From Anthoceros angustus (lineage: Eukaryota > Plantae > Anthocerotophyta), in NCBI GenBank assembly GCA_010909165.1, contig MU008169.1:124001-188000 (forward strand): DNA of 64,000 nucleotides. Reading direction: 5' to 3'. Within the stretch, counting starts at the first letter, position 1. Every line of letters starts with the position of its first letter. The position numbers and the translations under genes were made by a program. Of the stretch, positions 63,911-64,000 are shown piece by piece. The notes beneath the pieces are model-generated. The model did no database searches, was not told the origin of the DNA, and worked only from the letters and a program-made list of their open reading frames with translations.

Positions 63911-64000
63911 CCGGTATACAAAACATACAAAACCACACAAAATGCGTAAACTACGGACATGACGAAATTATGGAACAATGAGGTCACTAGCCCTTCATCA

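Overview
This is eukaryotic nuclear DNA from a compact plant genome with short (~80-120 nt) GT-AG introns, most likely a hornwort (inferred from a PLS-PPR gene with a KP-type deaminase domain ending in DRH). It holds about 20 protein genes: 3' end of an LCBK2-like kinase, a plastid membrane protein, ABCB6/20-like, uL18-like, PPR-DYW:KP(DRH), SLD5, IPMDH, CNOT11, XRI1-like, DUF3511, VPS38, an orphan coiled-coil ORF, a zinc-ribbon protein, a damaged HAD hydrolase, two tandem fungal-type hemerythrin (HHE) genes, NC2alpha-like, RBM42, ABCI12, THIM and ARPC1. Transposon debris includes CRE-like non-LTR fragments split by a 1.2 kb foldback inverted repeat, a copia RT remnant, a LINE 3' end and a TIR/TSD-bounded Mutator-like element. 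The most unusual signal is four same-strand gene pairs only 88-222 nt apart (PPR>uL18-like, coiled-coil>VPS38, NC2alpha>RBM42, THIM>ABCI12). Each spacer is AUG-free or contains a predicted intron that removes all intervening AUGs, as expected for bicistronic mRNAs. THIM>ABCI12 also echoes bacterial thiM/ECF-transporter clustering. Exon boundaries were read by eye, and family calls come from recognised motifs, not database searches.
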